Source: Acutalibacteraceae bacterium (GTDB taxonomy: Bacteria; Bacillota; Clostridia; Oscillospirales; Acutalibacteraceae). Taken from it: DNA of 64,000 bases. Below the pieces are notes generated by a model. It was given only the letters and a program-made list of their open reading frames with translations. It had not been told where the DNA came from and made no database searches. The stretch is from the NCBI GenBank assembly GCA_045579085.1, contig JAZNLO010000010.1:12163-76162 (forward strand), given 5' to 3'. The translations under genes and the position numbers were made by a program. This document shows, in pieces, positions 46,437 to 56,344 of this stretch (position 1 is its first letter; each line of letters opens with the position of its first letter).

Positions 46437-47132
46437 ATGAGTTTTATCAGGCTTAACGGAATAAATAAGAGCTATAACGCTGAGAAAACGCAAGTAAACG
46501 CCCTGAGTGATATTTCGTTTGAAATAGACAGGGGAGAGTTTGTGGTTGTTGTCGGCGCATCTGGTGCGGGCAAGACAACCTTGCTCAGCTTGATTGGCGC
46601 AATGGAAAAGGCGGATTCGGGTGAAATCAAGGTTGGAGCAAGCGTTATCGGTGATATGAGCGATAGCGAGCTTGTTGAGTATCGCCGCAATGAAATCGGT
46701 TTTGCGTTTGAAAACGCAAACCTTGTTGACGAAATGACCGCTCAGGAAAATATCGAATTAGCATCGAGCGTATGCAAAAACTGCTTTTCGGCGCAAAAAA
46801 TGCTGCGCACTTTCGGGCTTGAGGATAAAAAAGATTTGCTTGCAAGGCAGCTTTCAGACAGTGAAAAGCGCCGCCTCGCAATAGCGGCAGCACTTGGCAA
46901 AAACCCACCCATACTGCTACTTGATGATCCTATGCGTGAGCTTGGCGAGAAAACAGGCAAACAGGTGCTGAGTCTTGTTCACAGCGCTTGCAGAGCAACG
47001 AGAATGACCGTCATAGTTTCAACAGAAAATCCGCTTTTGGCATCAGCGGCAGATAGAGCCATCACATTAGATGGGGGACGGCTTTCGTCTGTAAAGCAAA
47101 ACAAGGTAGTGGTAGGAATAGAAAAGCTTTAA
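46437..47132 (+). CDS. ABC transporter ATP-binding protein with degenerate catalytic motifs
   Basis: Walker A GASGAGKTT is intact. The Q-loop position is FAFENANL (E for Q). The signature is LSDSEKRR (for LSGGQ). Walker B is ILLLDDP (D for the catalytic E). The H-loop is VSTEN (no His). Confidence 0.8.
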   Translation: MSFIRLNGINKSYNAEKTQVNALSDISFEIDRGEFVVVVGASGAGKTTLLSLIGAMEKADSGEIKVGASVIGDMSDSELVEYRRNEIGFAFENANLVDEMTAQENIELASSVCKNCFSAQKMLRTFGLEDKKDLLARQLSDSEKRRLAIAAALGKNPPILLLDDPMRELGEKTGKQVLSLVHSACRATRMTVIVSTENPLLASAADRAITLDGGRLSSVKQNKVVVGIEKL

Positions 47133-47160
47133 AGGCAACAAAACAAGTAGGAGATACAGT

Positions 47161-49167
47161 ATGAAAAATCTTCATATATCGTCTGCGTTAAGGAATGTAA
47201 AGCTGAGATTCGGCAGTTTTATTGCAGTATTATTAGTTATAGCGCTGGGCGCAAGCCTGTTTGCAGGTGTAAAAGCGGCACAGCTTGATATGCTAAAGAG
47301 CGCAGATAAATATTATAACGATAACAAGCTGATGGACGTGAAACTAACGTCTGTAAACGGCTTTTCAGACGATGATATTAATCTCATAAAAGAGCAGTTT
47401 GAGTGCACAGCTGTGCCGTCTTATTATGTTGAGAACGCCGTCAGCGTAGGCAAAACCAACTTCACAGCAAGCTTCACTTCTTACACTCAAGCAGTCAATG
47501 TGCTAACGCTCACAAAGGGCAGACTTCCCAAATCAGCAGGGGAATGTGTCGCCTCTGCAGACAGCCGATTGACGAAGCTTAAAATTGGTGACGAAGTAAT
47601 AGTTAATGAAGAGGGCACAGGCTTAAAGACTAAAAAGCTAAAGGTTGTAGGCCTGTATAAAAGCCCACTCTATTTGTCGGGCGAGAGCTTTGGTAAAAGT
47701 GAGGCAGAGGGCAAAAAGATAGGCAACGCCCTGTATGTAACCGAGGATGCGTTTAGTATGACTCGTGCAAATCAGCTTTATCTGCGTATGGGTTTTCTGC
47801 GTGAGAGTAACTGTTATACAACCACATATAACCAGTCTGTAAAATCCGTTATTGAGAGAATAGAGGCTCTCTCAAAGGTGCAGTTAGAAACCATAAAAGA
47901 CGGTGATATCGACCTTAGACATATCGGATTAGAAAACATAAGTGCAGAAATGAAAGTCAAGCTCGATAATGTTTATGCGGTATATGATGAGGTTGTTAAG
48001 CAGCAAGAAGAACTTAATAAAATCAAAAAGGATATAGATGAGCTTGGCATCAAGCTTGAAGCCGCTTATGCCGAATATAATTTTGCGTCGAGCGAGGCGG
48101 ATAGAGGCGAAAACGAGAATAAGAAAGCGGAAGAAGAGTATAAAAAAGGCGTAGAAGCGGTTACTAATAAGGAGGCGGAGTTGACCGCCTTGAAGCTTGA
48201 AATCAGCACAAAGGCGAGCGAGCGAGATGCCGCTAAAATTGCTTATGATACAGCGGCAGAGGAGCTTAAGCTGCTTGAAGAGGGCACCGACGAGCACACC
48301 GCAAAAAAGACAGCGGTTGAAACGCTCAAAGCTGACCTTGATGCAAAAAATGCTGCGGTAGAGGAGCTTGAGAAAAAAGCGACTCAGATGCAGACTGAAA
48401 TAGACAGTATGAAAGCGCAGTATCAGTCCAAGTTTGATAGTGTTAAAGAAAGCCTTAAACCCTTGCTTGAATCTGAAATCAAGTCAGAGGAGCATTATAA
48501 GGAGATGGATAAGCTTTATAATCAGGCAATGTCTGAATATGAGATAAAAAAAGGCTCCTACTTAGAACAGGCAAATGCAGTAAGCGAGCAGTTAATCGAG
48601 ATACGAATTGCGATATACACAATATTATCTGAGCATAAAACCTTGTGGAAGGGCTCCGATAGAAACATCTTGCCCGATTATAAAAGTATCCCTGAAAAAG
48701 CCGCAAGCTTGGGACTTTTCGGCTTGTCAGACAGTAAAACGTTCCCCCTGATACTGTTTATTGCAGCACTTGTTTGCGTTGCTCCGCTTATTGTGTTTGT
48801 AAATAAGCAAAGCGCGCAGATAGGCTTGATGAAAGCAATGGGAATCAGCTCGGTTGCAGTTTGGCTCCGTTTTGTGCTGTTTTCCGTGCTCGCAACAGTA
48901 ATCGGTTGCGTTGTCGGCTGCTGTATCGGCTTTGAGGTGGTATCACCGATGATTATAAACTCGGCTGATTCTGTTTATGGCATCACTGCTGCAGTGTCGG
49001 GCTTTAGTGCATCGGCTTTATTTGTTGCACTAACTATAACACTTGTGTGCACAACGCTGACAGTAACGCTTTTGTGTTGCTTTAAGTTGAGAAAGCAACC
49101 CGCTCAACTGATAAATAAACCGCATAGCGTTAAAGACAACGAAACAGAGAATGCTGATATAGATTAA
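47161..49167 (+). CDS. MacB/FtsX-type ABC permease with very large coiled-coil extracytoplasmic domain
   Basis: The N-terminal TM is FIAVLLVIALGASLFAG. The ectodomain is about 500 aa and includes an E/K/A-rich heptad region of about 220 aa. The C-terminal FtsX domain contains IGLMKAMGISS and three TMs. Confidence 0.75.
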   Translation: MKNLHISSALRNVKLRFGSFIAVLLVIALGASLFAGVKAAQLDMLKSADKYYNDNKLMDVKLTSVNGFSDDDINLIKEQFECTAVPSYYVENAVSVGKTNFTASFTSYTQAVNVLTLTKGRLPKSAGECVASADSRLTKLKIGDEVIVNEEGTGLKTKKLKVVGLYKSPLYLSGESFGKSEAEGKKIGNALYVTEDAFSMTRANQLYLRMGFLRESNCYTTTYNQSVKSVIERIEALSKVQLETIKDGDIDLRHIGLENISAEMKVKLDNVYAVYDEVVKQQEELNKIKKDIDELGIKLEAAYAEYNFASSEADRGENENKKAEEEYKKGVEAVTNKEAELTALKLEISTKASERDAAKIAYDTAAEELKLLEEGTDEHTAKKTAVETLKADLDAKNAAVEELEKKATQMQTEIDSMKAQYQSKFDSVKESLKPLLESEIKSEEHYKEMDKLYNQAMSEYEIKKGSYLEQANAVSEQLIEIRIAIYTILSEHKTLWKGSDRNILPDYKSIPEKAASLGLFGLSDSKTFPLILFIAALVCVAPLIVFVNKQSAQIGLMKAMGISSVAVWLRFVLFSVLATVIGCVVGCCIGFEVVSPMIINSADSVYGITAAVSGFSASALFVALTITLVCTTLTVTLLCCFKLRKQPAQLINKPHSVKDNETENADID

Positions 49168-49170
49168 AAA

Positions 49171-49203
49171 ACTGCCAAACGGGATATCCCGTTTGGCAGT
49201 TTT
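49171..49203. terminator. bidirectional terminator between the permease gene and ychF
   Basis: ctgccaaacggga ta tcccgtttggcag followed by ttttt. Confidence 0.85.
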
Positions 49204-49224
49204 TGCTTAGCTGAATATATTTCT

Positions 49225-50319
49225 TTATACGTTAAACCTGAATAAAACAACGTCGCCATCTTTCATAACGTATTCCTTGCCCTCGCTTCTGACCAGACCT
49301 TTTTCCTTAGCGGCGGTCATATTTCCGCACGCCATAAGGTCATCAAAGGAAACAACCTCTGCGCGAATGAAACCGCGTTCAAAGTCAGAGTGAATTTTGC
49401 CTGCTGCTTGGGGAGCCTTCGTGCCTTCGGTTATTGTCCAGGCCCTTACCTCAGGCTTGCCTGCTGTGAGGTAAGATATAAGTCCAAGCAATGAATAGCC
49501 CTCTTTTATCAGTCTGTCAAGTCCTGAACATTCAAGACCAAGCTCGCCTAAGAACATTTGCTTTTCTTCCTCGTCCATATCAGCAATCTGAGCTTCCATC
49601 TCAGCGCAAATCGGCAAGCAGCCTGCCTTTTCCGACTCAGCAAGCTTTTTCACAGCCATGTAGTTTGCGTTGTTTTCAATGCCCGAGATAAAGTCGTCTT
49701 CGCCCATGTTGCACGCATATATAACAGGCTTTGACGAGAGCAGAGCGCTTGTTGCGATTATCTGAGCGGTAACGTCGTTTGTTTCGATTGAACGTGCAGG
49801 CTTGTTGGCTTCAAGATGCTCGATAAGTTCTTTTAAGAAATCAACTTCCTCTTGCATTTTCTTGTCACCTTTAAGTGCCTTGCAAGCCCTGTCATATCTG
49901 CGCTGAGCCATCTCGATATCGCTTAAAATCAACTCAATGTTGATGGTGTCAATATCTCTTAACGGGTCAACCGAGCCATCAACGTGAACGATATCTGTGC
50001 TTTCAAAGCACCTTACAACGTGAATTATTGCATCAACCTCACGTATGTGCGATAAAAACTTGTTGCCAAGCCCCTCGCCTTTGGAAGCGCCCTTTACAAG
50101 ACCGGCGATGTCCACAAATTCTATAGTGGCAGGTGTGAACTTGTCAGGCTGATACATCTCAGCGAGCTTGTCAAGCCTTTCATCAGGCACAGAAACCATA
50201 CCAATGTTTGGCTCTATGGTGCAAAAGGGATAGTTTGCAGATTGAGCGCCGGCGTTGGTGATAGCGTTAAAAAGGGTAGACTTTCCCACGTTGGGCAAAC
50301 CCACAATACCTAATTTCAT
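49225..50319 (-). CDS. ychF: redox-regulated ribosome-binding ATPase YchF
   Basis: Starts [19 protein letters not shown] and has a C-terminal TGS-like VVLFRFNV. The start is at the ATG after GAGAGGA; the ORF track extends 6 codons further. Confidence 0.92.
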   Translation of the reverse strand: MKLGIVGLPNVGKSTLFNAITNAGAQSANYPFCTIEPNIGMVSVPDERLDKLAEMYQPDKFTPATIEFVDIAGLVKGASKGEGLGNKFLSHIREVDAIIHVVRCFESTDIVHVDGSVDPLRDIDTINIELILSDIEMAQRRYDRACKALKGDKKMQEEVDFLKELIEHLEANKPARSIETNDVTAQIIATSALLSSKPVIYACNMGEDDFISGIENNANYMAVKKLAESEKAGCLPICAEMEAQIADMDEEEKQMFLGELGLECSGLDRLIKEGYSLLGLISYLTAGKPEVRAWTITEGTKAPQAAGKIHSDFERGFIRAEVVSFDDLMACGNMTAAKEKGLVRSEGKEYVMKDGDVVLFRFNV

Positions 50320-50388
50320 ATCTAAAAATCCTCTCAAAAGTGATAACTTACAGTATTATACAGCTTTTAGGTCAAATAATCAAGTATT

Positions 50389-50418
50389 AAGGTTGACAAG
50401 AAGCGTGCATTTTTGGTA
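50389..50418 (+). promoter_or_regulatory. candidate promoter for the yicC-remA-gmk-rpoZ cluster
   Basis: TTGACA, 18-nt spacer, TAAAAT. Confidence 0.45.
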
Positions 50419-50471
50419 AAATAAACTGATAAAATATTGCATTTAATGTGCGTATGAAAGAGATGAAAGCA

Positions 50472-51350
50472 ATGGCAATGAGTATGACCGGCTACGGTAG
50501 AGCCGATATATCGTCAGAAGAATTTGATATAACAGTTGAGATACGTTCAGTCAACCATAAGTTTTTCGAGTTTTCCGTTCGTATGCCGAGGTCGTTCGGC
50601 TTTGCAGAGGATAAGCTCAAAAAGCTTTGCCAGTCGAGGATAAACAGAGGAAAGGTAGATATGTTTATCAACGTGGCAGACCGCTCGCAGAACAACGTTA
50701 AGTTGGAGGTAAATCATTCTCTGGCAAGGGAGTATGTGGATGCGGTTAAGGAGCTTGGCGAAACCTACGGGCTCAATTCCGATATATCCGCAGCAACGCT
50801 TCTGCGTTTTCCTGAGGTGTTTACGGTTACAAAAGCAAGCCTCGATGAAGAGCACGTATGGGAAATGCTCAGTGAGGTTGCAAACAGAGCGATAGACGAA
50901 TTCCTTGATATGCGTCGTCAAGAGGGCGAAAAGCTCAAGGAAGATGTGCTTAACAGAATGAACACCATTTTGGGCTATGTTGAAACCGTTGAGGCGCGCT
51001 CACCTGAAACAGTTGTAAAGTACAGAGCAAGGCTTGAGGAAAAAATGCGCGAGCTGCTTGGCGATGTCAAGATTGACGAGCAGCGCCTTATTACAGAAAC
51101 AGGCATCTTTGCAGACAGGATAGCCGTCGATGAGGAAACAGTAAGGCTTCGCAGCCATTTCAAGCAGATGAGCAATATGCTTTCTCAGGATGGACCGATA
51201 GGCCGTTCGCTTGATTTTCTTGTGCAGGAAATGAACAGAGAAACTAACACAATCGGCTCAAAATGTCAGGATATTGATATATCACATATAGTAGTTGCAA
51301 TAAAATCAGAGATTGAAAAAATGCGCGAGCAGATTCAAAACATTGAATAA
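50472..51350 (+). CDS. YicC/YloC-family endoribonuclease-like stress-induced protein
   Basis: The N-terminus is SMTGYGRA and the C-terminus is FLVQEMNRETNTIGSK. The start is ambiguous among 50448, 50472, 50478 and 50484. Confidence 0.85.
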   Translation: MAMSMTGYGRADISSEEFDITVEIRSVNHKFFEFSVRMPRSFGFAEDKLKKLCQSRINRGKVDMFINVADRSQNNVKLEVNHSLAREYVDAVKELGETYGLNSDISAATLLRFPEVFTVTKASLDEEHVWEMLSEVANRAIDEFLDMRRQEGEKLKEDVLNRMNTILGYVETVEARSPETVVKYRARLEEKMRELLGDVKIDEQRLITETGIFADRIAVDEETVRLRSHFKQMSNMLSQDGPIGRSLDFLVQEMNRETNTIGSKCQDIDISHIVVAIKSEIEKMREQIQNIE

Positions 51351-51365
51351 GCGGAGGCGAAGTCA

Positions 51366-51638
51366 ATGAAACTAATAAATATAGGCTTTGGCAATATGGT
51401 GTCAGCTAATCGCCTTGTAGCGATAGTAACCCCTGAGTCCTCGCCGATAAAGCGAGTAATACAGGATGCGAGGGAAAAAGGCAAGCTGATTGACGCTACT
51501 CAGGGCAGACGCACCAGAGCGGTGATAATAACAGACAGTGACCATATCGTGCTGACATATCTGCAGTGTGAAACTGTTGCCAATAGGCTCAACGATGCCG
51601 ACGGCGGAATAGGCGAGGGTGATATCGATGAGCAGTAA
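51366..51638 (+). CDS. remA: RemA/YlzA (DUF370) biofilm-matrix regulator family protein
   Basis: Contains [19 protein letters not shown]...SSPIKR...IDAT.GR.TRAVI. Confidence 0.88.
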   Translation: MKLINIGFGNMVSANRLVAIVTPESSPIKRVIQDAREKGKLIDATQGRRTRAVIITDSDHIVLTYLQCETVANRLNDADGGIGEGDIDEQ

Positions 51639-52239
51639 AGGAACAGCATTTGTACTGTCGGGTCCGTCAGGCAGCGGAAAGGACACGGTGCTAAGGCTTG
51701 TCAGAGAAAGAATGCCCGAGCTTGAGTTTTCAATCTCGTGCGTTACAAGGCAAAAGCGTGGAATCCCGCAGGAAGACGAAAAGTACAGCTTTATAAGCGT
51801 TGATGAGTTTAAATCAAGGCTTGAGCGTGGAATGTTCCTTGAGCACAATGTCTTTGTAGGCAACTACTATGGCACACCACGTCAGCCTGTTGAGCAAGCG
51901 ATTGCAAACGGCAAAAACATAGTGATAGAAATCGATGTAAACGGAGCGGCTCAAATCAGAGAGTCAATGCCTGAGGCTGTGAGCATATTTATAATGCCGC
52001 CATCGTTTGAGGTGCTGCGCAGCAGATTGTACGGGCGCAATACCGATAACGAGGAGATGTCTAAAAAGCGGCTTAACGAGGCGCTAAGAGAGATAGCCTG
52101 CGCAAAGGATTACGATTATATAATAGTAAATGACGACCTGCAGAAAGCGGTGGATGATATGTGTGATATTATCAGAGCGGCTGGCCACAGGGCGACAAAT
52201 ATGACAAATTTTATTAATGAGGTGCTTAAAAATGCTTAA
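51628..52239 (+). CDS. gmk: guanylate kinase
   Basis: P-loop is [11 protein letters not shown]. The ATG at 51628 overlaps the remA end. Confidence 0.92.
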   Translation: MSSKGTAFVLSGPSGSGKDTVLRLVRERMPELEFSISCVTRQKRGIPQEDEKYSFISVDEFKSRLERGMFLEHNVFVGNYYGTPRQPVEQAIANGKNIVIEIDVNGAAQIRESMPEAVSIFIMPPSFEVLRSRLYGRNTDNEEMSKKRLNEALREIACAKDYDYIIVNDDLQKAVDDMCDIIRAAGHRATNMTNFINEVLKNA

Positions 52240-52414
52240 TCCCGCAATTGGAAAGTTAATCAAGGAATATGACAGCCGTTACAAGCTCGTGCACGACGTA
52301 GCTGACGAGGCAAGAAAGATATCTTCAAAAGCAGAGGAAGACAGAGAAATCATAGTTGAGAAGCCTGTAACATTGGCAATCAATAAAATAGCGGCAGAAT
52401 TAGAAAACAAATAA
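52232..52414 (+). CDS. rpoZ: DNA-directed RNA polymerase subunit omega
   Basis: 60-aa protein containing SRYKLVHDVADEARKI. The ATG overlaps the gmk stop. Confidence 0.8.
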   Translation: MLNPAIGKLIKEYDSRYKLVHDVADEARKISSKAEEDREIIVEKPVTLAINKIAAELENK

Positions 52415-52461
52415 ACAATAAACAACAAAATTCTTTTATTTAAAAGAGGGGGTGGCTTGTC

Positions 52462-54909
52462 ATGAAAACTGCGGTGGTTGTCAGCGTGGCTGTTGACCGT
52501 ACGGTCTTTCATTATGACAAGCCATTTGACTATTTATTACCCGAAGATATGCACTCGGCGCAAGCGGGGTGCAGAGTAATGGTGCCTTTCGGCAAGGGCA
52601 ACAGGAAACGTCAGGGAATAATACTGTCAAAAAACCTCTCAAGCGAGTTTGAAAAGCTAAAGCCTGTTGTTGCGCTGTTGGATGCGGAGCCTGTGCTCAG
52701 CGAAGAAATGCTAAAGCTCGCTGAATGGATAAAAGAGCACACGTTTTGCACATATTACGATGCGGTAAAGCTGATGCTGCCTGCAGGGGTAAATATGCAG
52801 ATAGTCGAGTCGTACAAGGCGGCGGAAGGCATAGAAGCAGATACCTTGCCCGATACGTTGAGTGATGCTCAGCGTCAGGTTATGACGTATCTTATAAGCA
52901 GCAGAGCAACAGTTGAAAAGTCAAGATTGCTTGATGTTTGCGGTCTGGAGGCGGATAGTAAGCTACCTGATGAATTGGTAGCGCTGGGGCTTGCTGAACG
53001 CAAGGATGATGCAGTTCGCCGTATGGGCGATGCAACGGTGCGTATGGTAAGGCTGAGCGAGGACTTTGAAGACTCCGTAAAGCTTACGTCAAAGCAGAGA
53101 GCAGTTACCGAATTATTGGGAGAGGTAGGCTCAGCAACTGTTAAGGAGATATGCTACTTCACAGGTGTCACGCAAGCGGTGATAAACGGGCTTGAAAAAA
53201 AGGAGCTTGTTGAGTGCTTTGACTGTGAGGTATATCGCACAGGCTACAACGGCGCCGAAGTCAAAGAAGAAATAACGCTTACAGACGAGCAAGCCGAAGC
53301 CCTCAACGGAATAATGGATATCTACAGGGATAACAAGGGCGGAGCGGCTCTGCTTTACGGAATAACGGGCAGTGGAAAAACTCAGGTTTTCCTTAAAGCA
53401 GTAGACCAAGCGGTAGCAGATTCAAAAGGCGTAATAGTGATGGTGCCTGAAATCTCGCTCACACCGCAGATGCTTGACTTGTTCAATAAACGCTATGGCG
53501 GCAAGGTTGCCGTGTTCCACAGTGCAATGTCGATGGGTCAAAGAATGGACGAGTGGAAGCGTGTAAAGAATAAGGATGCCTTGGTTGCAATCGGCACGCG
53601 CTCGGCTGTATTTGCGCCTTTTGACGATATAGGGCTTATTATAATCGACGAGGAGCAGGAGCACACCTATAAATCTGAAACAACGCCGAAATTCAACGCA
53701 AAGGACGTTGCACGCTTCAGATGCTCGTATCATAACGCTATGCTGTTGCTTGCATCAGCCACCCCGTCGGTAGAAACCTATGCTGCCACACAAAGCGGCA
53801 GATTCAAGCTCTTAAAGCTTACAAAGCGCTACGGAAATGCGGTGTTGCCTAAGGTGCACACGGTTGATATGCGCAAAGAGCTGAGCGAGGGTAATGCCTC
53901 GTCTTTCAGCAGATTCTTGCAAATGCGTATAGGAGAAAATCTTGAGGCAGGGCGGCAGACAATATTGCTTCTAAACCGCAGAGGACATAATACAATCGTC
54001 ACTTGCTCTGCGTGCAGCCATATTATGACCTGCCCCAATTGCAGCATATCGCTAACCTATCACTCGGCAAATAACCGCCTTATGTGCCATAGCTGCGGCT
54101 ACTCGGTTGGCTTTGCCAATAAATGCTCTGAGTGTGGTTGCGAGCATATTAAATATTCAGGCGTGGGCACACAGAGAGCGGAGCAAGAGCTGAAAGAACT
54201 GTTTCCTGATGCAAGGGTGCTGAGAATGGATGCTGATAGTAATGTTGCAAGAAATTCCTACAGCGAAAAGCTTGAGGCGTTTGCAAAAGGCGAGTATGAC
54301 ATAATGCTCGGCACGCAGATGGTAGCGAAAGGGCTCAATTTCCCGAACGTTACTTTGGTAGGCGTGCTAAACGCAGACGCAACCCTGTTTAATGAAGATT
54401 ATAGAAACTATGAGCGCACGTTTTCACTGCTTACACAGGTTATAGGTCGCTCTGGCAGGGGTGACGATGAGGGAATAGCAGTAATACAGACTATGTCGCC
54501 CGAAAACGAAACAATCGAGCTTGCTTGCGAGCAAAACTATGAAAAGTTTTATGAGCAGGAAATACTCAGCCGAAAGGTAATGATATATCCGCCGTATTGC
54601 TCGTTGTGTCTGGTGGGCTTTGTAAGTATAGATGCTAACTCTGCCAAACAGGGAGCGGCACGCTTCTTGCAAGTTTTAAAGCAGTTGAATGACGTAGAGT
54701 ACCCGGATATTCATATGATTGTTCTGGGACCGTCGGCAGCCGTTATACCAAAGGTGAGCGGCAAGTATAGATACAGAATACTAATCAAGGTTAAAAACAA
54801 CCGAAACTTCAGGCAAATGCTGTCTAAGGCGCTTCGCACCTTTTTTAAGGATGCAAGCAATAGAAACATAACAGCCTTTGCTGATATAAATCCCGAATCC
54901 ACATTTTGA
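52462..54909 (+). CDS. priA: primosomal protein N' (replication restart helicase PriA)
   Basis: Walker A is GITGSGKT and the DEAH-like motif is IIDEEQE. The Cys-rich zinc insertion is CSACSHIMTCPNCSISLTYH...CHSCGY...CSECG. Confidence 0.95.
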   Translation: MKTAVVVSVAVDRTVFHYDKPFDYLLPEDMHSAQAGCRVMVPFGKGNRKRQGIILSKNLSSEFEKLKPVVALLDAEPVLSEEMLKLAEWIKEHTFCTYYDAVKLMLPAGVNMQIVESYKAAEGIEADTLPDTLSDAQRQVMTYLISSRATVEKSRLLDVCGLEADSKLPDELVALGLAERKDDAVRRMGDATVRMVRLSEDFEDSVKLTSKQRAVTELLGEVGSATVKEICYFTGVTQAVINGLEKKELVECFDCEVYRTGYNGAEVKEEITLTDEQAEALNGIMDIYRDNKGGAALLYGITGSGKTQVFLKAVDQAVADSKGVIVMVPEISLTPQMLDLFNKRYGGKVAVFHSAMSMGQRMDEWKRVKNKDALVAIGTRSAVFAPFDDIGLIIIDEEQEHTYKSETTPKFNAKDVARFRCSYHNAMLLLASATPSVETYAATQSGRFKLLKLTKRYGNAVLPKVHTVDMRKELSEGNASSFSRFLQMRIGENLEAGRQTILLLNRRGHNTIVTCSACSHIMTCPNCSISLTYHSANNRLMCHSCGYSVGFANKCSECGCEHIKYSGVGTQRAEQELKELFPDARVLRMDADSNVARNSYSEKLEAFAKGEYDIMLGTQMVAKGLNFPNVTLVGVLNADATLFNEDYRNYERTFSLLTQVIGRSGRGDDEGIAVIQTMSPENETIELACEQNYEKFYEQEILSRKVMIYPPYCSLCLVGFVSIDANSAKQGAARFLQVLKQLNDVEYPDIHMIVLGPSAAVIPKVSGKYRYRILIKVKNNRNFRQMLSKALRTFFKDASNRNITAFADINPESTF

Positions 54910-54921
54910 GGTGTATTGTAA

Positions 54922-55377
54922 ATGGCAACAAGAAACATAATTAAAGAAGACGATGACCGTCTTTTCAAAGTCAGTCGCAGCGTAGAGGTGTTTGACAAGA
55001 AGCTGCATTGCTTGCTTGACGATATGGCGGAAACAATGTATAAGGCAGACGGTGTAGGCCTCGCTGCAGTACAGGTGGGCATTTTGCGCAGAGTGGTTGT
55101 TATAGATTGCGGCGAGGGACTGATTGAGCTTATAAACCCGAAAATAATCGGCCAGAGCGGACATCAGGAGGAAACAGAGGGATGCCTGTCATTCCCAGGT
55201 GAATACGGCGTAACCAGCCGCCCGAACTCAGTTATAGTAGAAGCGTTGGACAGACACGGAAAGCCGTTTAAAATTAAAGGCGAGGGGCTAATGGCAAGAG
55301 CGCTTTGTCATGAGATTGACCACCTCGACGGAATAGTATTTAGAACAAAAGTAATTCGCGCTTTGGAGGAGAATTAA
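54922..55377 (+). CDS. def: peptide deformylase
   Basis: Contains GVGLAAVQVG, EGCLSFPG and HEIDHLDG. Confidence 0.95.
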   Translation: MATRNIIKEDDDRLFKVSRSVEVFDKKLHCLLDDMAETMYKADGVGLAAVQVGILRRVVVIDCGEGLIELINPKIIGQSGHQEETEGCLSFPGEYGVTSRPNSVIVEALDRHGKPFKIKGEGLMARALCHEIDHLDGIVFRTKVIRALEEN

Positions 55378-55380
55378 GCC

Positions 55381-56310
55381 ATGCGTCTTGTGTTTATGGG
55401 AACGCCCGACTTTGCAGTGGGTTGTCTTGAGTCGCTTATACAGTCGGGGCACGAGATTGTGGCAGTGTACTCTCAGCCCGATAAGCCTGTAGGTCGAAAG
55501 AGGGAAATCTTTCCAACGCCTGTAAAGCAGTGCGCTTTAAAGCATAATATAAAAGTGCTGCAGCCCAATTCTTTACGCACAGAAGAGGAGCTTGAAACCT
55601 TCAAGGCGCTCGCACCGGAGGCAGTTGTGGTTGTGGCATACGGAAAGCTGATTCCTGCAAATATGCTTAAGTTAGCGCCGTTAGGCTTTATAAACGTGCA
55701 CGCATCCTTGCTGCCAAAATACAGGGGCGCAGCGCCTATACAGTGGTCGATTGTCAATGGTGATAAGGAAACAGGCGTTACAACAATGCTCTTGAACGAG
55801 GGAATGGACACAGGCGATATACTTGAAAGCGTGTCCACACCGATAGGGGAAAAAGAAACAGCAGGCGAGCTGTTTGATAGATTGTCAGAGCTTGGGGCAA
55901 AGCTGATAGTGTCAACATTGTCAAAACTTGAAAAAGGCGAGCTTTCAAGCGTTAAACAGGATGAATCAAAGGCAACTCTTGCACCAATAATAAGCAAGGA
56001 GATGGCTTTGATAGATTTCTCAAAGTCGGCGAAGTCGATAGATTGCCTTGTTAGAGGCTTTTCACCCTGGCCTGTTGCCTATACGATGCTCGATGGCAAA
56101 CGCCTGAAGGTGTATTCTGCAACTGTGGGCTCTGCTTGCGCTCAGGAGGCAGGCACAGTTGTAAGCACTATTGAGGGTATCACCATCGCTTGCGGCGATT
56201 CAACCTCAATAACTCTCGATGATGTTCAGCTTGAGGGCTCAAAGAGAATGAAAGCCAAAGAGATGCTGAAAGGCCGCCCAATAAAAGTGGGTACTGTGTT
56301 GGGCTCTTAA
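55381..56310 (+). CDS. fmt: methionyl-tRNA formyltransferase
   Basis: Starts MRLVFMGTPDFAV and contains NVHASLLPKYRGAAPIQ. Confidence 0.95.
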   Translation: MRLVFMGTPDFAVGCLESLIQSGHEIVAVYSQPDKPVGRKREIFPTPVKQCALKHNIKVLQPNSLRTEEELETFKALAPEAVVVVAYGKLIPANMLKLAPLGFINVHASLLPKYRGAAPIQWSIVNGDKETGVTTMLLNEGMDTGDILESVSTPIGEKETAGELFDRLSELGAKLIVSTLSKLEKGELSSVKQDESKATLAPIISKEMALIDFSKSAKSIDCLVRGFSPWPVAYTMLDGKRLKVYSATVGSACAQEAGTVVSTIEGITIACGDSTSITLDDVQLEGSKRMKAKEMLKGRPIKVGTVLGS

Positions 56311-56344
56311 ACGGCTTTATAGGAGAACTTATAAGGAGAAAAAT

